Below, piece after piece: positions 29,646 through 39,314 of a DNA stretch of 64,000 nt. This DNA is from an uncultured Gammaproteobacteria bacterium (lineage in GTDB: Bacteria; Patescibacteriota; Patescibacteriia; Magasanikbacterales; GWA2-37-8): positions 185,474 to 249,473 of the forward strand of contig CAZBWU010000001.1 of NCBI GenBank assembly GCA_964496095.1, written 5' to 3'. The first letter of the stretch is position 1, and the number at the start of each line of letters is the position of its first letter. The translations under genes and the position numbers were made by a program. The notes beneath the pieces were generated by a model. The model was not told where the DNA came from, did no database searches, and was given only the letters and a program-made list of their open reading frames with translations.

Positions 29646-29678
29646 AAAAGTTTGCCACCTGTCTTGATTAACCCTATA
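29646..29678 (+). repeat. Cassette-boundary direct repeat, copy 4
   Basis: AAAAGTTTGCCACCTGTCTTGATTAACCCTATA. Confidence 0.92.
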
Positions 29679-29795
29679 ACAGCAAAAAATTGAACTCTTT
29701 TATTTTTCTTATAATCTGTTAAACTTACTGAGTACGCGCTTACTTATTTGGGAATACTAAACTGCATTTTAGTATTATCATTTTTTATTTCATAT

Positions 29796-30176
29796 ATGGC
29801 AAAAAATAAAGTCGGTTATGTCGATGGATTTGTATTGGTTGTGCCAAAAAACAAGCTGGCTCAGTATCGCAAAATGGCAAAAGGCGGATCTAAAGTTTGG
29901 TTAAAATATGGCGCGCTTGGTTATAAAGAATGTATGATTGATGATGCTAAGCCAGAACATGTTATGTTTACCTTTTTAAAAATGGTAAAAGCTAAGCCAA
30001 ATGAAACAGTATGGTTCTCGTATATAGAATATAAAAATAAAAAACATCGTAATCAAGTAAATGCGCGCGTGATGAAGGATCCATTTATGAAATCCGATAA
30101 TTCTGATATGACAAATATGCCATTTGATTTGAAACGCATGGCGTACGGTGGGTTTTCAGTTGTGGTAAGCGACTAA
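29796..30176 (+). CDS. DUF1428 (YbaA-like) protein
   Basis: YVDGFVLVVP, YGAL.Y.EC, MPFDLKRMAYGGF; start moved to MAKNK. Confidence 0.9.
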   Translation: MAKNKVGYVDGFVLVVPKNKLAQYRKMAKGGSKVWLKYGALGYKECMIDDAKPEHVMFTFLKMVKAKPNETVWFSYIEYKNKKHRNQVNARVMKDPFMKSDNSDMTNMPFDLKRMAYGGFSVVVSD

Positions 30177-30279
30177 ATAGCCTAATTTAAATTCAAAAAT
30201 ATAAGCTACGAAAAAATTTACCAATAAAGAGGCGATGGATGTTCATAAAGTTTACTTTAAAGTTTTTTATTATAATTAT

Positions 30280-30774
30280 ATGAAGGAAAATTTTAATCTT
30301 AAAACATGGGGAGAAAACCATAAAGTCATAGTCATAATATTAATTTTGGCTATTGTTGTCATCGGATCGAAGGTTATAAATAAAGATTACCGACAGTCTG
30401 TTTCTATTGTTTCAACTGAAGAAAAAAATAGCACTTCCACTCCTAAGACCGAACTATTACCTACGCAAGATTGGGTTAAAATTATTAGTTTAGATGCAGA
30501 AGCAAATAAGCAAAGTGAAATTTTCCATTTAGCGGGCGGCGAACAAAAGCTTGTTTATAAAGCAAGCGGGGGAAAATATTTATTGTGTTACATATATATT
30601 GTACCCAAAAATCAATCAATAGATTTAAATGGCGGTTTCCCTGAAGTCAAAATTGATGTGACAAGCGCTTCGGAGGTTTTTATAAAAAAGAACTCGGGAG
30701 ATTATTATTTGGATATTAAAGTTGTTAACGGAACTTGCGGGGCTGAATTACAAGAAATTAGACATGATAAGTAG
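30280..30774 (+). CDS. Hypothetical membrane-anchored protein
   Basis: N-terminal TM, S/T linker, beta-rich domain. Confidence 0.7.
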   Translation: MKENFNLKTWGENHKVIVIILILAIVVIGSKVINKDYRQSVSIVSTEEKNSTSTPKTELLPTQDWVKIISLDAEANKQSEIFHLAGGEQKLVYKASGGKYLLCYIYIVPKNQSIDLNGGFPEVKIDVTSASEVFIKKNSGDYYLDIKVVNGTCGAELQEIRHDK

Positions 30775-30803
30775 GCAGTTAATACAAGCTAAAATATAAA
30801 TAT

Positions 30804-31667
30804 ATGAAACCGGCTGATTTAAAAACCAGGATTTTTCTTGATGGAGGGGATCCTCAGGAAACAAAGGATATAGTAGCTAAGCTTGGCTGGCTTGATGGCC
30901 AGACTACCAACCCGACGCTTATTTCAAAAAACCCGGAAGCTCAAAAAAAACTTGCCTCTGGTCTGAAATTTTCAACTAATGAAATATTAAATTTTTATCA
31001 TCAAGTTGTAGAGAGTATTTCGGCTGTGGTGCCTAAAGGTTCAGTTTCGGTTGAGGTCTATGCAGACAAAAATACCACAGCTAGAGAAATGCTAGAACAG
31101 GGTAAAAAAATGTATACTTGGATTCCTAACGCGCATATCAAGTTGCCAATTACTGGGGCAGGTCTAGAAACGGCCGAAGAAATGATTAAAGAAGGAATGA
31201 GAGTTAATATGACATTATGTTTTTCTCAAGAGCAGGCCGGCGCAGTCTATACCGCCACACAAGGGGCATTGCCTGGTCAAGTATTTTTATCGCCATTTGT
31301 GGGCAGGCTTGATGATACCAGTGAAAACGGTATGTCTTTGATAGAAAATATTTTGCGATTGTATAAAGATAGCGACCATCATGTGGATGTGCTTACTGCC
31401 AGTGTACGAAGCAAAGAACATTTTTTGCACGCCTTGCAAGTTGGTTCGGATATTATCACAGCGCCATACAAATTATTATCAGACTGGGCAGAAGGCGGAC
31501 AGGTTTTTCCGGCAGATGATTTTGTCTATCAACCAAACGGCCTCAAGCCAATTGATTATAAAGAACTAGATTTGAGTAAACCGTGGCAGTCTTTTGATAT
31601 TAGTCACCCCTTGACCACCAAAGGTCTGGAGAGGTTTGCGTCTGACTGGAATTCATTAATAGCTTAA
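30804..31667 (+). CDS. tal: Transaldolase-family protein
   Basis: IFLD, GQTTNPTLI, IKLP (Schiff-base Lys), VNMTLCFS, SPFVGRLDD. Confidence 0.9.
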   Translation: MKPADLKTRIFLDGGDPQETKDIVAKLGWLDGQTTNPTLISKNPEAQKKLASGLKFSTNEILNFYHQVVESISAVVPKGSVSVEVYADKNTTAREMLEQGKKMYTWIPNAHIKLPITGAGLETAEEMIKEGMRVNMTLCFSQEQAGAVYTATQGALPGQVFLSPFVGRLDDTSENGMSLIENILRLYKDSDHHVDVLTASVRSKEHFLHALQVGSDIITAPYKLLSDWAEGGQVFPADDFVYQPNGLKPIDYKELDLSKPWQSFDISHPLTTKGLERFASDWNSLIA

Positions 31668-31686
31668 TTTATTTATATTTAAAAAT

Positions 31687-32295
31687 ATGAATACAGATTT
31701 TTCTTTTGTCTCCAAACATTACGCCGCTAGAGATCATGCCAAAATGCAGGAAGTGTTAATGAACCCAGAGGGAGTCGGACCTTCTATCCATTATTATATG
31801 ATCCGCGGAGGAAGCGATCAGCGCAATATTACTGTCTGGGAGCCGGGGACCATTAGCGACGAATATATAAAGACTTACGGACATTATCATATTGGCCAAC
31901 TTGATGAGACCTATTGGATATTATTTGGCGAAGGCATTGCCTTAAAACAAAAAATGGCAGTAGGGGAAGATGGAAAATCTTTGCCTGATGTGATTGAAGA
32001 GTTTTTGGCTATTCCGGTTAAGGCTGGAGACAGTGTCTATATGCCACCGGGTTATGGGCATTTGGTAGTTAATGTTGGTAGTACTTATTTTGTGACTGCG
32101 GATAACAGTCCAGTAAATTTTGATGAAGCTAATCCTGTGAGTATGCCCGGACATGCTGATTATGAAATTGTGAAAAAAATGCGCGGGTTCGCATATTATG
32201 TGGTGGAACACAATGGCAAACCAGCCTTAAAAAAGAATCCCTTGTATACCAAGATTCTCAAAGAAGAGTTAGCTGGGCTACCTGTAATTTCTTAA
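31687..32295 (+). CDS. Cupin-type (archaeal-like) glucose-6-phosphate isomerase
   Basis: EYIKTYGHYH, ETY, YMPPGYGHLVVN, RGFAYYV. Confidence 0.85.
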   Translation: MNTDFSFVSKHYAARDHAKMQEVLMNPEGVGPSIHYYMIRGGSDQRNITVWEPGTISDEYIKTYGHYHIGQLDETYWILFGEGIALKQKMAVGEDGKSLPDVIEEFLAIPVKAGDSVYMPPGYGHLVVNVGSTYFVTADNSPVNFDEANPVSMPGHADYEIVKKMRGFAYYVVEHNGKPALKKNPLYTKILKEELAGLPVIS

Positions 32296-32297
32296 AA

Positions 32298-34118
32298 TTA
32301 AACGCTAAGACCAAGTCTGCTAGCGCGCAAAGCATTAAAAATTACTAGCACGTCAATCACTTCTTGCAGGAGCGCGCCTAGTAGCGGTGGCACATAGCCA
32401 AAGGCAGCGCCAATCATCAGGATAATACTTAAGCCAATACCAAACCAAATACTTTCCAAAGCAATGCGGATAGTTTTTTTGGCTAGAGAAATTATAAAGG
32501 TGACTGAAGAAATGTCTCCGCCTAAGAAGACGATGTCAGCGGCTTCTGAGGCAGCGGTGTGTTCTTCGTTGCTAAATACTAGACCCACATCGGCAATGGC
32601 TAGCGCCGGCGCGTCGTTGATACCATCGCCGACCATTGCTACTACACTGCCTGATTTTTTTAAGTTCTCTACACCGATTTTTTTATCTTCTGGGGACAAG
32701 CCTGCTTGCACCGTTATCATACCGCCAGCCTCGCCAAGTTGAGCAACTATTTTTTCTGCATTTTCCTGACGGTCGCCGGTGAAAATAAATAAAGACAGTT
32801 TTAATTTTTTTAGAGCGCTGATAATGCCGGCAGAATCGTCTTTTAATTTATCTTCAAATTCAAATCGAGCAATTAGTCTATTTTGGTCGTGAAGTTCAAT
32901 GGCGTTGGTATGATGATTTTTGGACATTTTGGCCAACGAGTATTGGTGTCCTTCGATCACGGCTGAAATTCCAGAGCCAATTTTTTCATCTACTTTTTCG
33001 GCAATCATGTGAGGCGCGCCGATTTCTTTGGCGCCAGCGACAATAGCTTTGGCCAGAGGATGTAGAGAATTGCGCTCGATAGCTTCGGCAATGCTATATA
33101 TTTTTTTAAGATCAAAACTTTTATCAAATATTTCTACATTGCTCACAAGCGGTCGGCCAAGAGTAATAGTACCGGTTTTGTCTAGGACTACAGCCGTCAC
33201 TCTAGATAATATTTCTAAACTGGATAATTTTTTGGTCAAGATTCGGTTTTTGGCAGCGGAGTTCATGCCACCAAATAAGGCGATAGGTGTAGCTAGGATT
33301 AGCGGGCAAGGTGTAGCAACCACAAGCACTGCCAAAACTCGTTCGAGGCTGTGGCTCATCATAAATCCCCCCAGGGCTATGACAGCGGTGATAATAGTAA
33401 ATATTGTACTGTACCGGTCGGCCAAGCGAATGAGGGGCGCTTTTTCAGTCTGCGCTTTAGTGACCATGTCGATAATTTTTCTATAGGTTGAATCCCGGTC
33501 TGATTTTGTGACACGAAGCGCCAAAATATTTCCCATGTTAATAGTGCCACTACGAATCGGGTCGCCGGTCATTTTTTCTACGGTGTATGGTTCACCAGTC
33601 AGGGATGATTCATCAAGTATGGCTTCTTCAGAAATCAAGACGCCATCAAGCGGCACCACTTCTCCTTTTCTTACGACAATTTCTTCGCCAACATCTACTG
33701 TCTCAATGGCGCGACGACTGTCAATTTTTCCTTTGTTCCACAAAGTCACTTCGTTGGGTATGCGTTCGGTCAGAGCGGTGAGTGATTGTTTGGCTTTGGC
33801 CATGCCGTATTTTTCTAGGGTTTGTCCGCCGGAAAGCATGAAGACAATTATCAAAGAAACCAAAAATTGGCCGCTAATCAAACTAACGATAATGGCCAAG
33901 ATGGCGATATAGTCTAGGGCGAAATGTTTGTTTTTCAGAGCTAGGGCTGTTTCTTTTAATAAATCAAAACTGCCAATGGCGACAATAAGTCCTGCCCACC
34001 AGGCGCTGATAGTGGGTAGGTGGAAAAAATATAACAAAAAATTATAGACCACAATTCCTAGTAATACCAAGGCGGGGATTTGGAAAAAACCGACTAGTTT
34101 GGCAATTGATTTGAGCAT
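32298..34118 (-). CDS. Heavy-metal translocating P1B-type ATPase
   Basis: LTGE, TPCPL, DKTGT, HPLA, GDGINDAPALA. Confidence 0.95.
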   Translation of the reverse strand: MLKSIAKLVGFFQIPALVLLGIVVYNFLLYFFHLPTISAWWAGLIVAIGSFDLLKETALALKNKHFALDYIAILAIIVSLISGQFLVSLIIVFMLSGGQTLEKYGMAKAKQSLTALTERIPNEVTLWNKGKIDSRRAIETVDVGEEIVVRKGEVVPLDGVLISEEAILDESSLTGEPYTVEKMTGDPIRSGTINMGNILALRVTKSDRDSTYRKIIDMVTKAQTEKAPLIRLADRYSTIFTIITAVIALGGFMMSHSLERVLAVLVVATPCPLILATPIALFGGMNSAAKNRILTKKLSSLEILSRVTAVVLDKTGTITLGRPLVSNVEIFDKSFDLKKIYSIAEAIERNSLHPLAKAIVAGAKEIGAPHMIAEKVDEKIGSGISAVIEGHQYSLAKMSKNHHTNAIELHDQNRLIARFEFEDKLKDDSAGIISALKKLKLSLFIFTGDRQENAEKIVAQLGEAGGMITVQAGLSPEDKKIGVENLKKSGSVVAMVGDGINDAPALAIADVGLVFSNEEHTAASEAADIVFLGGDISSVTFIISLAKKTIRIALESIWFGIGLSIILMIGAAFGYVPPLLGALLQEVIDVLVIFNALRASRLGLSV

Positions 34119-34344
34119 AGGGCGTCTTTTTTGATTAACATATTATCAGCTTATTTTACTCGCATGCTTGTTTGTTGTCTAATTGAGGGTTGTTTTAAAC
34201 TTTAATTTGTTATATAACTAAAATTATATAAACAAGATCGAGGGGTTGTTTTAAGGTATTTTATGATTAATTTTAGTCTATGTATTGATAAAGAATCTGT
34301 TGATTTTTTTGAAGTTTATTTTTTGTATTAAAATCAAAAGTGGT

Positions 34345-35724
34345 ATGAAGAAACTTATAATATATCTTGATCAAAATTTTATTAGTAATATAGCAAAATT
34401 GAAAACATCTACTCAGAATACAGTTCTTAACCAAAAGCTTCAAGGAGTTTTTGAGATGATAAAAAACGGGGTGAATGAAGAGAAATTTGTAGTTCCAGAT
34501 AGCTTTATTCAGCATATGGAGACTGCAAAAATAGAAAACAATTTGGAGTTGATTGATTTGATATACGATCATTTAAAGTATCTTGGTCAAATTACTTTCT
34601 TACAGCCCTGGGAGATTGAAGATAGGCAGTTTTACGATGCTTTACTATCCTATTGTGGAAAACAAAAGCAAGGTGAAGAATCCTGGAAAGCTGCATTTAA
34701 CGAGAATCCAGATAAAAGAATGGAAAATTTTGACATTACTGTAAAGATGCCGAATATAGATTTTGATTTTAATACGAAACAGAAACTTCAAGAAATAAGA
34801 GATACTGAGCAGGAGTATGAAGTCCAATATCTAAGAGAGCTTGAAGTGGCGCGCACTAGCTATAAAGAAAATCTTCGTACTGAACACTCCTATACGTTAA
34901 GATATTACGGTGTTACTATTGAAGAAGCTGAAAAATTTATTGATTCTGACGAATTTGCAAAAATACCTTATTTAAATATCTATTCTCGTTTATGGGCCAA
35001 AAATATTTCTAAAGAGGGTAAAAAAGAAATGGGTGAAGGCGATTTTAACGATATACAAATGCTTTCGGCTTACTTACCATATTGTGATGTCTTGGCAACA
35101 GACAAGTATATGAAATCGCTAGTTGAAACATTGGGATTGGATAAGAAATATAATTGCAGTATCTTTTCAATGAAAACTGAGCAGTTGGATGATCTGATTT
35201 CTTTTCTAAAGAAAGAAATAGAAGGTAGAAAGCCAGCAAATCATAATCTATTTTCAGTTGTATGTTACTCAGAAGACGGGGAAAATGTTTATTCTTTTGA
35301 CGTATTAAAAAGACTGGTTACAGCAAAAAATAAGTTTGAGAATACTGGTAAATACTGTGATAAAGAAATAAACACGACAGTTTATTTGGTTAGAGATAAA
35401 GATGAGATTAAGATGCCAGACACGAATGTCATTTTACAGCACGGCCCATCAGTTCTAAATCTAGAACAAAGGAAAGAAATGTTTATCTTTTTATCTAATG
35501 GGATTAAAAATTTATTTAACCCAAATAATGAGGTGGTTGAATCTTTGATAAGGAAAATTCCTAAACATCTAATTGGCGAAGGGGTTGCTTTATTGGAAAA
35601 GAACACTCCATTTGATAAGGAGTTAATTGAATATGATAGTGACTTATTTTATGATATTGAAGCAGCTATAGAAAAGCACGCTGAGCTAACTGAGAAATAT
35701 AAGATAAAGATAATTTATTCTTAG
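34345..35724 (+). CDS. Hypothetical protein with PIN-like N-terminal domain
   Basis: IYLDQNFIS near the N-terminus and DFNDIQMLSAYLPYCDVLATD fit the PIN acidic-residue pattern; start moved to MKKLII. Confidence 0.55.
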   Translation: MKKLIIYLDQNFISNIAKLKTSTQNTVLNQKLQGVFEMIKNGVNEEKFVVPDSFIQHMETAKIENNLELIDLIYDHLKYLGQITFLQPWEIEDRQFYDALLSYCGKQKQGEESWKAAFNENPDKRMENFDITVKMPNIDFDFNTKQKLQEIRDTEQEYEVQYLRELEVARTSYKENLRTEHSYTLRYYGVTIEEAEKFIDSDEFAKIPYLNIYSRLWAKNISKEGKKEMGEGDFNDIQMLSAYLPYCDVLATDKYMKSLVETLGLDKKYNCSIFSMKTEQLDDLISFLKKEIEGRKPANHNLFSVVCYSEDGENVYSFDVLKRLVTAKNKFENTGKYCDKEINTTVYLVRDKDEIKMPDTNVILQHGPSVLNLEQRKEMFIFLSNGIKNLFNPNNEVVESLIRKIPKHLIGEGVALLEKNTPFDKELIEYDSDLFYDIEAAIEKHAELTEKYKIKIIYS

Positions 35725-35828
35725 GTACTGTCTGTGTACTTTAATTTTAAAAAATGTCTATTTGTGATTGATTTGAATTATCCAGATCAAAATAGCAAAC
35801 CAACAATATTTTTGCTATACTGAAAGCT

Positions 35829-36572
35829 ATGAAATACCTAATAATTATATTCACAGTCATAGCCATCGGCCTATATTCCAATTGGGCGTATGGTCGTATC
35901 TATGCCACTATTGGCGAAAAACATTTGCCCAATCCTACTATGCATCAGAAGATAATTTTGCCAGCCCCATCCAAAACTCATGTCAAAAAAATAGTCTATG
36001 TGGCTTTGGGAGATAGTTTGACTGCCGGAGTGGGGGCAAGCGGAGAAGATAAAACGTATCCATATTTATTGGCCAAAATGTTGGCTGAAAAACAAAATGC
36101 ACAAGTGACTTTGATAAATCTTGGTGTGCCTGGAGCAGTGGCAAGTGATGTATTAAAAAACCAAGTGCCACAGGTGGCACAGTTTCATCCAGATATTGTT
36201 TCGGTTGCTATCGGGGTCAACGATATGCACAATCAAGTGTCTGGCAAAATATTTTCTCAGACCATGTCAGAGATTGTTGATAAGCTAAACAGCACCACCA
36301 AACATTTAAATATTATTAACATTCCGTTTATCGGCGGTAGTAATGTATTTTTACCGCCATATAGATTGTATTTTGATTTGCAAACCAAACGTTATAATTC
36401 TTTGTTAAATAAAGCGTTGGTTGGTCGGCAAGCAAATATTATAGACCTGTATTCACTTACTCGTGAAAAAGCCTTTTATAATCAGTTGTATTATTCGGCT
36501 GATGGTTTTCATCCTGGGGATGCTGGGTACGATTTTTGGAGTAAAGCTTTGTATGATTATTTCGATTATTAA
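35829..36572 (+). CDS. SGNH/GDSL hydrolase, membrane-anchored
   Basis: ALGDSLTAG, GVND, DGFHP. Confidence 0.93.
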   Translation: MKYLIIIFTVIAIGLYSNWAYGRIYATIGEKHLPNPTMHQKIILPAPSKTHVKKIVYVALGDSLTAGVGASGEDKTYPYLLAKMLAEKQNAQVTLINLGVPGAVASDVLKNQVPQVAQFHPDIVSVAIGVNDMHNQVSGKIFSQTMSEIVDKLNSTTKHLNIINIPFIGGSNVFLPPYRLYFDLQTKRYNSLLNKALVGRQANIIDLYSLTREKAFYNQLYYSADGFHPGDAGYDFWSKALYDYFDY

Positions 36573-37677
36573 TGCGATTGCAGAAACTCATATTGTGGAG
36601 GTGGTATTTTTAGTTGCCTTGATATTGTTTATCCGTCCTACCAAAGAATTTACTTTTTTTTCAATCGAAACCACGACCGAACTAAAAGGCTTGGCGATAC
36701 TAATGGTAGTTCTGTCTCACATTGGTTATTTTTTGGTCAGTGATAATCGATTCCTAGTACCTCTATCAAATTATGCGGGTGTGGGTGTGGATTTGTTTTT
36801 GATTTTGTCCGGATATGGACTAGTAGCTACAGCTTTGCGTCGACCATTATCAATTGGCAAGTTTTATCTCAAACGTTTGGCGCGCGTGTATGTGCCGGTA
36901 CTAATTACCGTAGTATTTTTCTTAGCCCTAGATTTTTTTGTATTACACAAAATCTATCCGACCAAAAATATAATACAAAGTCTGTTGGGATTTTTTCCAA
37001 ATGCAGATATCTATGGCGATCTCAATTCACCGCTTTGGTATATTACACCTTTGCTTATTTATTATCTTTTATTTCCAATTATCTTTTGGCGCAGATTTCC
37101 GCTACTGTCGGCTCTGGCGATGGTGATTATCGGTTGGTGGGGTGTGAAGTATGTGGGTGGGTCAAGCAGGTTTTTTGAAGTGGTGTTTAAGTTATATCGC
37201 TATCACTTTGTGGCCTTTCCAGTAGGTATGACTCTGGGCGCGCTGGTTAATAAACCACCAGTATTTATTACGCAGTTGATTGATTGGCTAAAGCCTTATT
37301 TTCAAAAAAAATATGTGGCTTCTATTTGTCGCTGGGCTTTGATTGCGGTAGCTAGCTATATTTTTATGTACATGTATTACCATCCAACGTATGGACAGAG
37401 TTGGAAGAGGGAAGTCGTGGCGAGCCTCATTACCGCTGGAGCAATTATGGTTATATTTTTGTTTAAGAAAATTAATTTTAAAATATTATACTGGTTCGGA
37501 TTATTTTCTTTTGAAATATATTTATTGCATTGGCCATTATTATATAGGTACAATTTTTTGTATGGCAAAATCCCGGCTGGGATAGCCACGATTATTTATC
37601 TAGGATTATTTTTGGGGGTAGGGTATCTGTATAATAGGGGAGTTGGAAGGTTGTTTGGCAAGAAACAGAAAGTTTAA
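36553..37677 (+). CDS. Acyltransferase-3 (OafA-like) membrane O-acyltransferase
   Basis: LKGLAILMVVLSH, GVDLFLILSGYGL, FYLKRLARV, LWYI, SFEIYLLH; start moved to MIISI. Confidence 0.9.
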   Translation: MIISIINAIAETHIVEVVFLVALILFIRPTKEFTFFSIETTTELKGLAILMVVLSHIGYFLVSDNRFLVPLSNYAGVGVDLFLILSGYGLVATALRRPLSIGKFYLKRLARVYVPVLITVVFFLALDFFVLHKIYPTKNIIQSLLGFFPNADIYGDLNSPLWYITPLLIYYLLFPIIFWRRFPLLSALAMVIIGWWGVKYVGGSSRFFEVVFKLYRYHFVAFPVGMTLGALVNKPPVFITQLIDWLKPYFQKKYVASICRWALIAVASYIFMYMYYHPTYGQSWKREVVASLITAGAIMVIFLFKKINFKILYWFGLFSFEIYLLHWPLLYRYNFLYGKIPAGIATIIYLGLFLGVGYLYNRGVGRLFGKKQKV

Positions 37678-37678
37678 A

Positions 37679-37713
37679 TAAAAACCCCGCCCTTCGTGAA
37701 GAGCGGGGTTTTT
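37679..37713. terminator. Bidirectional intrinsic terminator
   Basis: AAAAACCCCGC-CCTTCGTGAAGA-GCGGGGTTTTT between convergent genes. Confidence 0.75.
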
Positions 37714-37726
37714 ATTTGTATAATTT

Positions 37727-38464
37727 TTATTTTCTCATCATCCGTCCCATTCCTTTAAAAAATCCTTCTGGTTTGTCTTTTAAAGTCATGATATTTATTT
37801 TTGTAGCGCCGACAGTTTTGGCAGTGCTGTCTACTTTACCTGTGGCAATTATAATCTGACCAACAGTGAGATCTCCTAGTGAAGCAGTAGCGCCGTCTTT
37901 GGTGACAGTCGTATTACTGGTACTGTCTACCGTATAAGTTAAAGTTTCAGTTGAGGCTGGGGCATTCATCATGCGACCGCCAAATGGTTTTACTTCCAAT
38001 GTGAGAGAGAATGGGCTAACTGTGAGGATTTTGCCCACGACGTGAGTTTTTTCTTGGCCGTCTGCTTTTTTGTCGCGTAGCATACCCACGCCATCAATTA
38101 TAGTTTTGGCAGTAATGTTAGTGCCGGAGATTGTGCCCATAACACCGATTTTATCGCCTACCTTGATATCTGCTAGGGTCAGAGCTTCGGTATTTGGTCC
38201 AAAACCGCGTGTGATCTTGGCTTTGGTCGTATCTACTGTGTAAGTAGTGCCATCATGGCCTGTAATGGAGAGTGTTGTGCCGTTTATAGCTGCTACTGCC
38301 CCTCCCATTCCCGGTCTGCCGCCTTTAGGGCCATTCTTTGAATTAAAAGAAAATCCAGTATGATTTTTGCCACCCATTGCATGAGCAATAGCGCTACCAG
38401 AGGTAGTAAGCAAGGTGATAACTACAACGGCCGTTAAAATGATATATTTCTTCTTCTTTTGCAT
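37727..38464 (-). CDS. Secreted DUF5666-like OB-fold repeat protein
   Basis: Signal peptide; two G.V..I.G..L....T.YTVD...L.D..VG repeats. Confidence 0.65.
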   Translation of the reverse strand: MQKKKKYIILTAVVVITLLTTSGSAIAHAMGGKNHTGFSFNSKNGPKGGRPGMGGAVAAINGTTLSITGHDGTTYTVDTTKAKITRGFGPNTEALTLADIKVGDKIGVMGTISGTNITAKTIIDGVGMLRDKKADGQEKTHVVGKILTVSPFSLTLEVKPFGGRMMNAPASTETLTYTVDSTSNTTVTKDGATASLGDLTVGQIIIATGKVDSTAKTVGATKINIMTLKDKPEGFFKGMGRMMRK

Positions 38465-38585
38465 AAAATTATGAAGTTAATTTCTGGGCTGGTGGCAGCC
38501 CATAAGTTAATACGTACAAAAAGTCGATAAGGGTGCAAACAAAAAAAGCCTATATTTTAAGGCTTATTAATTGGTAAAGTATTTG

Positions 38586-39203
38586 TTATTTTCTCGGATA
38601 GAAAAACAAGACTAGACTAATAATGGCAGCGAAAAAGCACCAGACAGAAGTAAAATTAACAGCGTAGAAATACCAGGTGATAAGAGAAAAGACTAAGATG
38701 AGTAGAGAGTATAATTTTACTATTGGTTTGCTAGAGGCAGCTCCAGCGCCGATGGTGGCGAGGATATATAAGTATCCAAGTAGGTGAGGGTATGGAGCCA
38801 GGTCGGGATAGTACAAACAGCGATTAACAATTTCCGCAGATTCGGGATTGCGTAAAAAGCTGGCGTAGAAAATAGCTCCTACTACTGTACCTGCAATGCT
38901 GAAAAAAGTGATAATAGTTCGTCTAGCTTTGTGGGTTTCTAGTGACAAGGCTGCTAGTGGTAAATATGTGGGCCAAAAGAATAAGGCAAAGAAAAGAAAT
39001 ACATGAGTGAGCGGGAGGACATATTGCGGATAGCTTTTGAGAGATATCCAGAGCAGGCCTTCAACAAATTGTTGTAAGGCAAAAAATAAAGGCATGGCCA
39101 TCAACGGCCAAGCTTTTTTGTTTTGAGTTTTGATTAATCCGGCAGTACCGACAAGACCGAGAACTGTGCTAGCGGTAAAACTGGCAGTAGCAGAAAAACA
39201 CAT
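38586..39203 (-). CDS. Multi-TM membrane protein (MCFSA.ASF family)
   Basis: MCFSATASF start, QQFVEGLLW, SVWCFFAA. Confidence 0.75.
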   Translation of the reverse strand: MCFSATASFTASTVLGLVGTAGLIKTQNKKAWPLMAMPLFFALQQFVEGLLWISLKSYPQYVLPLTHVFLFFALFFWPTYLPLAALSLETHKARRTIITFFSIAGTVVGAIFYASFLRNPESAEIVNRCLYYPDLAPYPHLLGYLYILATIGAGAASSKPIVKLYSLLILVFSLITWYFYAVNFTSVWCFFAAIISLVLFFYPRK

Positions 39204-39264
39204 GAGACTGTAATTAGGTGGGTATATTGTAGCTTGTTTGAGGTCTGTTGTCTACGTTAAAAAC

Positions 39265-39301
39265 AAAAAATCCCCTGAGTCGAAACTCAAGGGATTTTTT
39301 T
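39265..39301 (-). terminator. Intrinsic terminator after HU gene
   Basis: AAAAAATCCCCTGAG-TCGAAA-CTCAAGGGATTTTT. Confidence 0.7.
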
Positions 39302-39314
39302 AATTTGTTTTAGA

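Noticed and set aside
25187-29678. The 30-33 bp repeats as a CRISPR array
   Set aside because: Spacers are 0.8-2.6 kb and contain whole genes; no cas genes are in the window.
25187-29678. The repeats as classical integron attC sites or duplicated tRNA 3' ends
   Set aside because: No attC palindrome or GTTRRRY core, no intI, and only weak resemblance to the tRNA-Glu 3' end.
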